DNA of 64,000 nucleotides from Minisyncoccota bacterium (GTDB lineage: Bacteria; Patescibacteriota; Minisyncoccia; Phycocordibacterales; Phycocordibacteraceae): assembly GCA_022841985.1 (NCBI GenBank), contig JALHQL010000001.1, positions 5,529 through 69,528 on the forward strand, written 5' to 3'. Below the pieces are notes generated by a model, which searched no databases, was not told where the DNA came from, and saw nothing but the letters and a program-made list of their open reading frames with translations. Position 1 is the stretch's first letter, and each line of letters begins with the position of its first letter. A program made the position numbers and the translations under genes. Below are positions 55,398 to 63,822 of the stretch, in pieces.

Positions 55398-56397
55398 TGG
55401 CGGCTGCGATACAATGACGGACGAGTGATTCCGTATATCCCATTTCATTATCGTACCAAGCAAGCACCTTTACGAGTGTTCCATCGACGACGCGTGTCAT
55501 TCCAAGATCTGCAATAGACGCATAGGGTTGACCGACAATATCGCTCGAGACAAGTTCTTCATCAGTTGTCGTAAAGATACCTTCCCAATGCGACTTCGAG
55601 GCGGCGGCGCGCAAAATGTCATTTACTTCCTCCTTGGTCGTCGAGCGCTTCGCGATAAAAGTAATGTCAGCAATTGATCCTGCTGGCACTGGAACGCGTA
55701 GCGAGATACCGTCAAATTTTCCTTTGAGCGGTTCATATGCTTGTGCGACCGCTATCGCGGCACCTGTCGAAGTCGGCACAATATTTTGTGCTGCGGCTCT
55801 TCCCTCTTTCATGTCCTTTTTTGACGGACCATCGACAAGTGATTGACTTGCGGTGTATGCGTGTGTCGTCGAAAGTACCGCTTTCTCGATACCGATGGCT
55901 TCATCAAGAATAGAGATAACCGGGCTTGCTGAATTTGTCGTGCAGGATGCATTGCTGGTTATCTGGCAGGTCGCAAGTTTTTTTTCATTTAGACCCATAA
56001 GCACTGTTGCCCCAAGAAGCGACTCATTCTTTACGGGTGCCGTAATAACAACGCGCTTTGCGCCTGCAACAATATGCACATTTGCTTTTTCATAGTCTGT
56101 AAAAAATCCAGTCGATTCAATGACAACATCTATTGCCAGATCTTTCCACGGCAATTGCGTAGGATCTTTTTCTGAAAAAAATTTCACCTCTTTCCCATAA
56201 ATAAGAAGTGCTCCATTTTTTGCTTCGACAGCAAATGGTGCACGACCATATACCGTGTCGTACTTGAGAAGATATGCGAGATTTTCAAGCGAGCCGAGAT
56301 CATTCACGGCAACAATATCGATACCGCGCTTATGCGAACGGCGAACAAATGCGCGCCCAATACGACCGAAACCATTGATAGCGACACGAATAGCCAT
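55390..56397 (-). CDS. gap: Glyceraldehyde-3-phosphate dehydrogenase
   Basis: 335 aa. NAD motif INGFGRIGR. Active site SNASCTTN. Conserved WYDNE C-terminus. Confidence 0.9.
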   Translation of the reverse strand: MAIRVAINGFGRIGRAFVRRSHKRGIDIVAVNDLGSLENLAYLLKYDTVYGRAPFAVEAKNGALLIYGKEVKFFSEKDPTQLPWKDLAIDVVIESTGFFTDYEKANVHIVAGAKRVVITAPVKNESLLGATVLMGLNEKKLATCQITSNASCTTNSASPVISILDEAIGIEKAVLSTTHAYTASQSLVDGPSKKDMKEGRAAAQNIVPTSTGAAIAVAQAYEPLKGKFDGISLRVPVPAGSIADITFIAKRSTTKEEVNDILRAAASKSHWEGIFTTTDEELVSSDIVGQPYASIADLGMTRVVDGTLVKVLAWYDNEMGYTESLVRHCIAAANA

Positions 56398-56561
56398 AGG
56401 AAAAATTAAGAATGATGAATTAAAGAAAGCGGGACATCGGAATTATACACTATCCCTACCCTCACAATGCCCTCTTCGCCTGATTACAGATCTTGGTACA
56501 GGATACTGAATTAGCCCAAATCGACTTTCAGCCGTCGCAAGTGACGAAAGCGGCAACGTAG

Positions 56562-56633
56562 TGCCCCCTCCAGGAGTCGAACCTGAATCAGCTCGTTAGG
56601 AGTGAGCCGTTCTATCCATTGAACTAAAGGGGC
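56562..56633 (-). tRNA. tRNA-Arg (anticodon CCU); CCA not encoded
   Basis: GCCCCTT-TA-GTTC-AATGGATA-GAAC-G-GCTCA-CTCCTAA-CGAGC-TGAT-TCAGG-TTCGACT-CCTGG-AGGGGGC-A. One A-C mismatch at the base of the anticodon stem. Confidence 0.7.
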
Positions 56634-56638
56634 CGAAA

Positions 56639-56881
56639 TTATGCGGTAATGCCAAGGGAAGACACGAGCCTTTCCTTATCAAAACCGACAATCATCTCAT
56701 CGCCCACGAAGATAACCGGAACACCCATCTGTCCTGACTTCTGTATCATCTCTTGACGCTTTGCAAGGTCGCGAGCAACATCGAATTCAGTATAGCCGAT
56801 ACCTTTTTCTTTAAGAAAATCCTTGGTCATCTGGCAGAAATGGCAGGTTGGCGTACTGTAAATGGTGATGGTTTTATTCAT
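56639..56881 (-). CDS. Glutaredoxin/NrdH-like redoxin (thioredoxin fold). Start at the internal Met MNKTITIY.
   Basis: 80 aa. CxxC active site TCHFC. C-terminal GVPVIFVGDEMIVGFD (cis-Pro/GG region), typical of NrdH/glutaredoxins. Confidence 0.6.
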   Translation of the reverse strand: MNKTITIYSTPTCHFCQMTKDFLKEKGIGYTEFDVARDLAKRQEMIQKSGQMGVPVIFVGDEMIVGFDKERLVSSLGITA

Positions 56882-56937
56882 GTATGAGAAGTTATGTGAT
56901 GAGTATAGCACGTAAGGTTATCCACAGAAATAAACGG

Positions 56938-57006
56938 TGCGGAATGGGAGAATCGAACTCCCGCCCGTTGCTTGGGAAGCAACTGTTCTACCACTAAACC
57001 AATTCC
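56938..57006 (-). tRNA. tRNA-Gly (anticodon CCC)
   Basis: GCGGAAT-TG-GTTT-AGTGGTA-GAAC-A-GTTGC-TTCCCAA-GCAAC-GGGC-GGGAG-TTCGATT-CTCCC-ATTCCGC-A; followed by CC in the genome. Confidence 0.7.
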
Positions 57007-57010
57007 GCAG

Positions 57011-57349
57011 TTAGAACCAGCTCAACATTCGCTGCCACCAGGACGGTGTCGTCGTCGGAGCCTTAAGCTCGGGCGGCACCACCACGATAACCTCTTCTCC
57101 CGGCCGCGCAACCCCGAAGGCCGTCCGGATAGCTGCGTCCTGCCCACGGGCAGTAGCAAGCGCGGTAAGATTTGCTTGAAGCAGAGTCTTGCGCCCTTCA
57201 AGGGCTTCATATTGTCGCTTCGCCTCGTGGGCTTCCAACACTGCAACATGTGCTTTCCTGGCAAGTCCCCAGATAAGCGACGCAAGCCAGAATATGGTAA
57301 GCAAAAGAATACCAACGAGAATTCCTTGTCGCCACTGCTTCGCGTGCAT
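57011..57349 (-). CDS. FtsB/DivIC-like septum formation initiator (single TM + coiled coil)
   Basis: 112 aa. N-terminal TM (ILVGILLLTIFWLASLIWGL) followed by a short coiled coil (EAHEAKRQYEALEGRKTLLQANLTAL), the typical FtsB/FtsL architecture. Confidence 0.5.
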   Translation of the reverse strand: MHAKQWRQGILVGILLLTIFWLASLIWGLARKAHVAVLEAHEAKRQYEALEGRKTLLQANLTALATARGQDAAIRTAFGVARPGEEVIVVVPPELKAPTTTPSWWQRMLSWF

Positions 57350-57434
57350 ACGCCCAGTATACGATTTTTTTATTGATACTCCAATGAAATTGTTCTAAGA
57401 AAGGCCCTAAAATAACGACGACCAGCTAGGCCCA

Positions 57435-57761
57435 CTAGCTGGTCGTTCTCTGCACAAAATCTATCTCGTCCCGTATTTTTTGAAGGTCTCTAAGTACTTG
57501 ATGAATCTTCTCATCAATTCCTTTCATTTTCTGGAGTACTTGTTCCCATTTCACGCTATTCTCCTTAGAAACAGGCACACGGATATCCTTCGGATCAAAT
57601 GGTACTCCCAAAATTGAGATTGTCTCTTGTTGACACGAAAACTTCTCGTCATAAAGAGCCTGAAGAAGTTTTCTTTTCTCGCAAAGAATATCCTCATGAT
57701 TACCAAACTCTAGCCGTGTTACTTTTTTTCCCGATACACGACCTGAATTATTTTCTCTCAA
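57435..57761 (-). CDS. Hypothetical protein, about 108 aa. Preferred start is TTG at 57761 with SD GGGAGG; the ORF-track TTG start at 57803 lacks an SD.
   Basis: No recognisable domain (…LEFGNHEDILCEKRKLLQALYDEKFSCQQ…, coiled-coil C-terminus). A conserved 36-nt element lies ~45 nt upstream. Confidence 0.35.
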   Translation of the reverse strand: MRENNSGRVSGKKVTRLEFGNHEDILCEKRKLLQALYDEKFSCQQETISILGVPFDPKDIRVPVSKENSVKWEQVLQKMKGIDEKIHQVLRDLQKIRDEIDFVQRTTS

Positions 57762-57806
57762 GATACTTACCTCCCTTCTAGAAAGTTCAAATAATGCCTG
57801 CAAAAC

Positions 57807-57842
57807 AGTTTACTACCAAGCGAGCCGAGTAACAAGTGAATG
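57807..57842. repeat. 36-nt element R1 (AGTTTACTACCAAGCGAGCCGAGTAACAAGTGAATG), copy 1 of 2
   Basis: 29/36 identical to 58703-58738. Each copy sits 40-45 nt upstream of the start of a minus-strand hypothetical gene. Confidence 0.6.
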
Positions 57843-57910
57843 TCCTCACTCATTTGTTCGAGGCGAACGCAGGGAGCAAAGCCTCTTTACTCTAATAGGG
57901 CACGTTTAGC

Positions 57911-57959
57911 AATAAGAAATAATGTAAAGATCAGCCGACTGGTTTCCACCAGCCGGCTG
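57911..57959 (-). terminator. Rho-independent terminator of the 224-aa hypothetical gene
   Basis: Minus sense CAGCCGGCTGG-tggaaa-CCAGTCGGCTG (11-bp stem, one mismatch) followed by ATCTTTACATTATTTCTTATT. Confidence 0.5.
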
Positions 57960-57987
57960 TATGCACCTCCAATGTGCTTGTTCAAAG

Positions 57988-58662
57988 CTATGCCAGAACT
58001 CGATTCACACTTCCAGATATCCTCCCTATCGGCCTTAAGAAGGCCGGATCGATTTCTGGCTTCTTCCTGATTGAAAATTTTATTGCGGTTTCGAGCCTTG
58101 CAATCCGCCTGAGAAGGAACGCGTGCTTGCTTTTATTTTTTTCAGGGACCCAAGTGCAACCGCCTGCCTTCATTTCAAGAGCCTCGCACTCGTTCTGAAG
58201 CTTAGATATCTCCTTTTTGAGCAAAAGAAGATTTTGTTCTTCGCGAGAGAGTACGCGCTCGGCAGGAAACACTCTGACACTCTTGTTGGCTATAACTGCT
58301 TTTTTTCTTCGCGGACGCGGCCTTCCGATTTTTACATACCTCTCGAAAGACCAGCTCTCGACCACTAACGAGTAAAGCCACGGGGTTGTCCGTTTCCAGC
58401 GATCATTCTCACCACCTGGGAAATCCCTTTCTCTTCTTTCGTCATGCGGCCAGAACTTCCCGACTTCATCCCAATTTGTTTTCGCTTTGATGCGAATCAT
58501 CTCATTCTGGTTTTTGTCAGGATTATCACAAAACATCGTATGCCGACAAAGTACGAAACCAAATGGGATACCCCCTTTCTTTTTTACAAGCTCTACAAGA
58601 GCTATGAATTGCACACGATATCCCTCATCGAGCGCCTCTCGCCATAAAGTCCTGGCGAACAT
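57988..58662 (-). CDS. Hypothetical protein (224 aa), basic, with CxxxxxC pair and coiled-coil; strong SD (AAGGAGG)
   Basis: MFARTLWREALDEGYRVQFIALVELVKKKGGIPFGFVLCRHTMFCDNPD... No recognisable family. Monocistronic, with its own terminator and the conserved 36-nt upstream element. Confidence 0.4.
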   Translation of the reverse strand: MFARTLWREALDEGYRVQFIALVELVKKKGGIPFGFVLCRHTMFCDNPDKNQNEMIRIKAKTNWDEVGKFWPHDERRERDFPGGENDRWKRTTPWLYSLVVESWSFERYVKIGRPRPRRKKAVIANKSVRVFPAERVLSREEQNLLLLKKEISKLQNECEALEMKAGGCTWVPEKNKSKHAFLLRRIARLETAIKFSIRKKPEIDPAFLRPIGRISGSVNRVLA

Positions 58663-58702
58663 CGTACCTCCTTTTTAGAATGTACAAAGACTCCTGAGGG
58701 TA

Positions 58703-58738
58703 AGTTTACTTCCAAGCGAAGCGAACGACAAGTGAAGG
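58703..58738. repeat. 36-nt element R2 (AGTTTACTTCCAAGCGAAGCGAACGACAAGTGAAGG), copy 2 of 2
   Basis: See R1. It sits 40 nt upstream of the ATG of the 224-aa hypothetical gene. Confidence 0.6.
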
Positions 58739-58747
58739 AAGAAAACT

Positions 58748-59731
58748 TTACTTACTCGTTTTCTGAGTGTGTTCTACAACGGCCGCCGCCAAGGCGGCAG
58801 CCGAATCGGTTTCCATGAGTTTTGCGCGGAGTTCCGCAGCACCATCAAAGCCAGTCACGAACGCTTTAATGTGCTTTTTAAGTATGGAAAAATTCTTAGG
58901 TGGTGTGAGCTTCTCGAAGTCTTGCGCGAGCTCGATAAGCGCCGCGAGCTTCTCAGCGAGCGGCGTGTCCCCCGATGTGCGCCCGGCAAAAACCCACGGA
59001 TTACCGAACATCGCACGACCAAGCATCGCTCCATCAGAACCCGAATGAGCGACTTTCGTCCGAGCATCGTCGAGATCTTGAACGTCACCATTCCCAATCA
59101 GAAGCACCTTGGGGTTTGTGCGATTACGAATCTCGACAGCTTTCTTCATCAACTCCCAATCGGCTGGCACGAGCGACATGTCTTTGCGTGTGCGCAAATG
59201 AAGTGTAATAGCGGCTGGTGACGTCTCAAGAAGTGCGGTGAGCCACTCATCGAGTGATTCTGTATTGTAGCCGATGCGCGTCTTGACCGAAACAGGGAGA
59301 CTGCTCGCCTTCTGTGCCGCATGAATAATTTCCTGAGCAAGTTTCGGATTCTTCATCATTGCGGCACCGCAGCCCTGTTTTTCAATGGCGCGATCAGGGC
59401 AACCCATATTGATATCAATACCGTCGAAGCCACGACCTGAAACAAGCCTCGCCGCATATGCAATCATGTCTGGCTTTGCTGAAAATATCTGCGCGACAAT
59501 CGGTCGTTCAATTTCGCTTTTCGTAAGTATGCCCACAAGCGGATTCTCTTCGTCCCTCATCTTCTTTATTTCACGAGTATGATACAGACCATCTGCCGAG
59601 ACAAATTCGGTCCAGAATACCGCGGGAGCGCCACGTTTCGCAACGAGCTGACGGAAAGCAGCGTCGGTCACGTCCGCCATAGGCGCCATGACGAAAAAAG
59701 GTTTCGGGAGTTGATTCCAGAATGATTGCAT
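58748..59731 (-). CDS. dus: tRNA-dihydrouridine synthase (DusB-like)
   Basis: 327 aa. FMN-binding TIM barrel: FVMAPMADVTDAAFR, DINMGCP catalytic Cys motif, KTRIGY. Confidence 0.85.
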   Translation of the reverse strand: MQSFWNQLPKPFFVMAPMADVTDAAFRQLVAKRGAPAVFWTEFVSADGLYHTREIKKMRDEENPLVGILTKSEIERPIVAQIFSAKPDMIAYAARLVSGRGFDGIDINMGCPDRAIEKQGCGAAMMKNPKLAQEIIHAAQKASSLPVSVKTRIGYNTESLDEWLTALLETSPAAITLHLRTRKDMSLVPADWELMKKAVEIRNRTNPKVLLIGNGDVQDLDDARTKVAHSGSDGAMLGRAMFGNPWVFAGRTSGDTPLAEKLAALIELAQDFEKLTPPKNFSILKKHIKAFVTGFDGAAELRAKLMETDSAAALAAAVVEHTQKTSK

Positions 59732-59755
59732 GCGGTTACACTAACACTTCTTTTG

Positions 59756-60604
59756 CTATTTGAGCTGCTCAGTTCGTTTGAGATATATTTTCCCAGGGAA
59801 CCGGACGTCGATATATTTTAGAGTCGGATCAGAAATATTCAGCTGGCCTTTTGCGGATATGAGAGCGGTAAAAGCATTCTGTTCATCACCGAGAAGATAC
59901 GTAACGCGTGCGCCGCTCTCGAAATAAGCATCAACTTCGTCATTGCGGAACACAACAAAAGAAATCGGCGAACCAAAGGCCGCAAGTTGGCGCGCAAAAT
60001 CAAAAGCAGCGGGAAGCTTCTCGGCGTTTAGAAGTGTTTTGCCGAGGATAGTGTCAAAAATCTGATCTTCTTCAGGCGCAGCAAGCGATTGATAAACAGT
60101 AAATGTGTTGAGTAGCGGTACGGTGCTTGTCGCTGCATAAACGATACCGTTCGCATCAAAAACATAGCAGTCCGCAACGATATCAAACCTTGTTGAGTCT
60201 GACGGAGCACCACACCAACGCGCAACAGGAACGCGAGTATCCACTTTAACTGTAAGGCCGGTGAATCCGCTTCGAGATAGCGAGACAGCGGCTACGTTCT
60301 GGTGTGTCGCAATGATATCTGCACGAATATGCGAAGCAGGAAAAAAGAATATCGAATCGCGCGGAATGATGCCAAGGTAGCTCCCTTGCATAGCTGACCT
60401 CGCAATCTCCGCAAATGATGGCTCCGCGCCCACTATTTGAATATCTGAAATACGTACCGCGCTCTGCCACAGAGCATAGGTAATTCCAATACCGAGCAAA
60501 AGGAAAAACACCCCGAACGCAATGCGCATGCGGCGCCGCCTGCTGCGACGGCGAGCTGCGAGCCGCTCGCTACCGCGCGACACCGATGACACTTTTCCCG
60601 ACAT
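59756..60604 (-). CDS. ftsQ: Cell division protein FtsQ/DivIB (POTRA domain). Start at the internal Met (MSGKV...) is preferred; the ORF-track start at 60661 overlaps serS by 90 nt.
   Basis: Basic cytoplasmic segment (AARRRSRRRR), single TM (IAFGVFFLLLGIGI), POTRA-like beta domain, C-terminal beta domain. Length and architecture typical of FtsQ. Confidence 0.6.
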   Translation of the reverse strand: MSGKVSSVSRGSERLAARRRSRRRRMRIAFGVFFLLLGIGITYALWQSAVRISDIQIVGAEPSFAEIARSAMQGSYLGIIPRDSIFFFPASHIRADIIATHQNVAAVSLSRSGFTGLTVKVDTRVPVARWCGAPSDSTRFDIVADCYVFDANGIVYAATSTVPLLNTFTVYQSLAAPEEDQIFDTILGKTLLNAEKLPAAFDFARQLAAFGSPISFVVFRNDEVDAYFESGARVTYLLGDEQNAFTALISAKGQLNISDPTLKYIDVRFPGKIYLKRTEQLK

Positions 60605-61838
60605 ACGGTACGAGAGCCTCAGGCACTTTGACAGTACCGTCCGCCTGTTGATAATTCTCAACGATGGAAACTAAGATTCTTGGTGTCGGAATCGCCGTGG
60701 AATTTAAGGAATGGGGAAAACGCAGAGTCCCTTCCGCGTCGCGATATCGGATATTGAGCCGTCGCGTTTGGAAGTCGTGGAAATAAGATGCTGAGCTTAT
60801 TTCTCGATAGGTATTCTCTCCCGGCACCCAAAGTTCGATATCGTACTTCTTCACCTGTCCGAGTCCAAGATCGCCACCACAATTGACGACCGTGTGATAC
60901 GGAATGTTCAGAAGTTCAATAAACTCCTCCGTATTACGATTGAGCCATTCGTGTATGCGAACCGACTCATCGTGCTCCGCTCGGCACAAGACGACCTGTT
61001 CCCATTTAAAAAACTCATGCACGCGAATAAGACCGTTTACATCCTTGCCGTGTGCCCCCGCCTCGCGGCGGAAACAAGGAGAAAATGCGAGGAACTGCAT
61101 TGGCTGTACTGCGAGGTCGACGATCTCATTCATGTAGTAACCCATCGTTGCGACTTCTCCAGTACCGGCAAGATATTCCCCATCCTGCGTTTTATAGAGA
61201 TCGTCTTCTCCTTGCGGCAAGTAGCCGGTACCGAGAAATGCCTCGCGACGTACCAAGGACGGTACACTCAGTGGCGTAAGTCCTTTTGCCGCAAAAAATT
61301 TCAACGCCAGCTGCCATACAGCATTCATAAGAAGTACCCCGTCGCCCTTAAGGAAGTACCCACGGAATCCGGCAACTTTCGCGCCACGTTCGAAGTCCGC
61401 CATACCAAGTGTCGTCATAAGCTCGACATGACTCTTGGGTGTAAATGCGAAGATCGCCGGCTCACCCCACTTCTTCACCTCGACATTTTCAGCATCACTA
61501 ACACCGTCCGGCACCGACATGTCGGGGATGTTCGGCACCATAAGCATGAGCTTCTGCCACTCGACCATAACAACTTTTAATTTTTCTTCGCCTTCATTCA
61601 TACCCGCTTTCAGATGCTGCATCGCCTCAATGAGCTTCTCACGCTCGCTACCGCTCGCGCGCTGAATCTCGTTGCTCCGCCTATTTTGCTCCGCGCGCTT
61701 CGCCTCAAGCTCCTGTTTCAAAAGCTTCCGCTCATCGTCAATGGCAAGCAGTCGATCAATGTCGACTTCGATACGCTTCTTTACTGCCCCGGCTTTGATT
61801 ACGTCGGTATTCTCCCGAATGAAATGTATATCGAGCAT
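60570..61838 (-). CDS. serS: Serine--tRNA ligase
   Basis: 422 aa. N-terminal coiled-coil arm. Class II motifs (FRREAGAHGKDVNGLIRVHEF, ...GTGEVA..., GSALAV-like motif 3). Confidence 0.9.
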   Translation of the reverse strand: MLDIHFIRENTDVIKAGAVKKRIEVDIDRLLAIDDERKLLKQELEAKRAEQNRRSNEIQRASGSEREKLIEAMQHLKAGMNEGEEKLKVVMVEWQKLMLMVPNIPDMSVPDGVSDAENVEVKKWGEPAIFAFTPKSHVELMTTLGMADFERGAKVAGFRGYFLKGDGVLLMNAVWQLALKFFAAKGLTPLSVPSLVRREAFLGTGYLPQGEDDLYKTQDGEYLAGTGEVATMGYYMNEIVDLAVQPMQFLAFSPCFRREAGAHGKDVNGLIRVHEFFKWEQVVLCRAEHDESVRIHEWLNRNTEEFIELLNIPYHTVVNCGGDLGLGQVKKYDIELWVPGENTYREISSASYFHDFQTRRLNIRYRDAEGTLRFPHSLNSTAIPTPRILVSIVENYQQADGTVKVPEALVPYVGKSVIGVAR

Positions 61839-61861
61839 GTGTCAAATAGTATACTGTACCG

Positions 61862-62719
61862 ATGGATATTCGCGAACTGAAACGCATCAAGTGGCCTCGT
61901 CAACTGCTTGAGATACCGCAACTCCCAGAACGATTGTGGATTCGCGGAACGTTGCCAGTGGAAAGAACGAAATTTCTTGCAGTCGTGGGTTCCCGCGCAA
62001 TGACGCATTACGGACAGGAAGCATGCGAGAAACTCATTACTGGACTTACGGGCTACCCTATTTCCATCATCAGTGGTCTTGCCCTCGGCGTTGATGCCTG
62101 CGCGCACAAAGCGGCACTCGCCGCGGGACTCCACACTATCGCCATTCCTGGCTCCGGCCTTGATGACTCGGTCATCGGTCCGCGAACAAATCTGGGGCTT
62201 GCAAAAGAAATCTTAAAAGCGGGTGGGGCACTTATATCTGAACAAGAACCGATGCACAAGCCATGGCTGAAAGAATTTCCGTCACGCAACCGCCTCATGG
62301 TAGGCATGAGTAATGCAGTGCTCATCGTCGAAGCGGGTCAAAAATCCGGCACGCTCATTACCGCACGTCTTGCGAGTGAGTACAATCGCGACCTGCTCTG
62401 CATTCCCCATCGCATTGGCGACCCGCACGCTTTCGGTCCGCACCTTTTCATTCGTCTCGGCGCGGCACTCGTAACCGAACCGCTCCATATTCTCGAAGCA
62501 CTCGGAATACCACCCCGAGACAATGCTTCGCATGGCGGAGTGCCTACCGACCTCGAAGGTGCTGAACTGGAAATTTGGGATATGCTTGCGGAACCGAAAA
62601 CACGCGACGAAATTCTCCGCGCCGGCTCCGCCGGCGCGGGCGAACTTTTGACGTCGCTCGTCGCGCTCGAGCTACGCGGACTTGCCAAAGAAGAGTTCGG
62701 CACGTGGCATCGGCTATAA
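61862..62719 (+). CDS. dprA: DNA-processing protein DprA (Smf)
   Basis: 285 aa. Rossmann-like DprA core (AVVGSRAMTHYGQEA, ISGLALGVDACAH, VIVEAGQKSG). Located upstream of topA, a conserved arrangement. Confidence 0.85.
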   Translation: MDIRELKRIKWPRQLLEIPQLPERLWIRGTLPVERTKFLAVVGSRAMTHYGQEACEKLITGLTGYPISIISGLALGVDACAHKAALAAGLHTIAIPGSGLDDSVIGPRTNLGLAKEILKAGGALISEQEPMHKPWLKEFPSRNRLMVGMSNAVLIVEAGQKSGTLITARLASEYNRDLLCIPHRIGDPHAFGPHLFIRLGAALVTEPLHILEALGIPPRDNASHGGVPTDLEGAELEIWDMLAEPKTRDEILRAGSAGAGELLTSLVALELRGLAKEEFGTWHRL

Positions 62720-62729
62720 TACAAACGAG

Positions 62730-63014
62730 ATGAATCCCGTTAGAGATAATGAAATGTACTATGTGTACGTCATTAGAAGTCTCTCGAGCGACTATTGGTA
62801 TACTGGCGTTACGAACGATTTACGGAAACGCTTCAGCCAGCATCAAACAGCGTCAACCGGATGGACGAAACGCCATCGGCCATACGAACTGCTATATTAC
62901 GAAGCATGTCGCAACATGAACGATGCAACGACTCGAGAAAAATATCTCAAGACCGGCACGGGAAAGCGATATTTAAAAAACAGACTGAAGCGGTTCCTAT
63001 CTCTAACGGGATGA
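62730..63014 (+). CDS. GIY-YIG nuclease-domain protein (UPF0213/YhbQ-like). Start at ATG 62730 or 62754.
   Basis: YYVYVIRS...YTGVTNDLRKRFSQH is the GIY-YIG core. About 90 aa single-domain. Confidence 0.7.
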   Translation: MNPVRDNEMYYVYVIRSLSSDYWYTGVTNDLRKRFSQHQTASTGWTKRHRPYELLYYEACRNMNDATTREKYLKTGTGKRYLKNRLKRFLSLTG

Positions 63015-63781
63015 AAATTTATTCCTGGAACATGCTCTTCCGCAATAAAGAGCTCGATCGCGCATTCGAGTTTGTCCGCACGGCTGACTTCGATATCTTC
63101 TGCCTGCAAGAAGTACCTGCTGATTTTCTCACACTCCTCGAAACACTCCCCTGCCACCATGTCTCCACAATTGACGCCGAACGAATCGAGCGCGACACAA
63201 TACCAACCTATCTTGTCATTCTTTCGCGCTACCCCATTACCGGACAAGGCGTAGTCCATTTCCCCGAATACTGGCCTCAGTGGCCATGGCGTACGCGACT
63301 CTTCATGCACCTCATGCGTCCCCTCCATTTCACAAAGATAAAAAATCGTCGAGGTTTTTTCGCCGATATAACCGTCGGAGATACGATCTTTCACGTATTC
63401 AATCTTCATCTCATCCTCGCACATCCGGACTTGCGTCTAGTGGAATTCGAGCATGCACTCGTGGAACGCGATCGCTCGCGGCCCGGGATTGTCTGCGGCG
63501 ACTTCAATATTCTCGAATCACCAAAAATAACTCTTTTGAATTGGTTGCTTGGCGGCCGCGTAAGCGACACAATCCTCTGGATGCGCGAACGAACTCACAT
63601 TGAAAAATGTTTCGTCTCCCATGAACTCAAAAATCCGCTTCGCGGCAAAGACACGCATCCGCTCTCCCGTTCGCAACTTGATCATATTCTTGTTCCGAAT
63701 TCGTTCTCAATCAAGGATGCCCAAGTTATTCCCGATCGCATCGGCTCTGATCATCACCCAATACGAGTTGAAATTGAATAG
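63011..63781 (+). CDS. Endonuclease/exonuclease/phosphatase (EEP) family protein. Start at ATG 63011 (MKIYSWNML).
   Basis: EEP signatures: IYSWNM...DIFCLQEV near the N-terminus. GDFN motif (VCGDFNILES). C-terminal SDHHP. The start overlaps the GIY-YIG stop by 4 nt. Confidence 0.65.
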   Translation: MKIYSWNMLFRNKELDRAFEFVRTADFDIFCLQEVPADFLTLLETLPCHHVSTIDAERIERDTIPTYLVILSRYPITGQGVVHFPEYWPQWPWRTRLFMHLMRPLHFTKIKNRRGFFADITVGDTIFHVFNLHLILAHPDLRLVEFEHALVERDRSRPGIVCGDFNILESPKITLLNWLLGGRVSDTILWMRERTHIEKCFVSHELKNPLRGKDTHPLSRSQLDHILVPNSFSIKDAQVIPDRIGSDHHPIRVEIE

Positions 63782-63822
63782 ATGGACTTGACCATATATA
63801 GGTATACGAGTTATGAGTGAAT

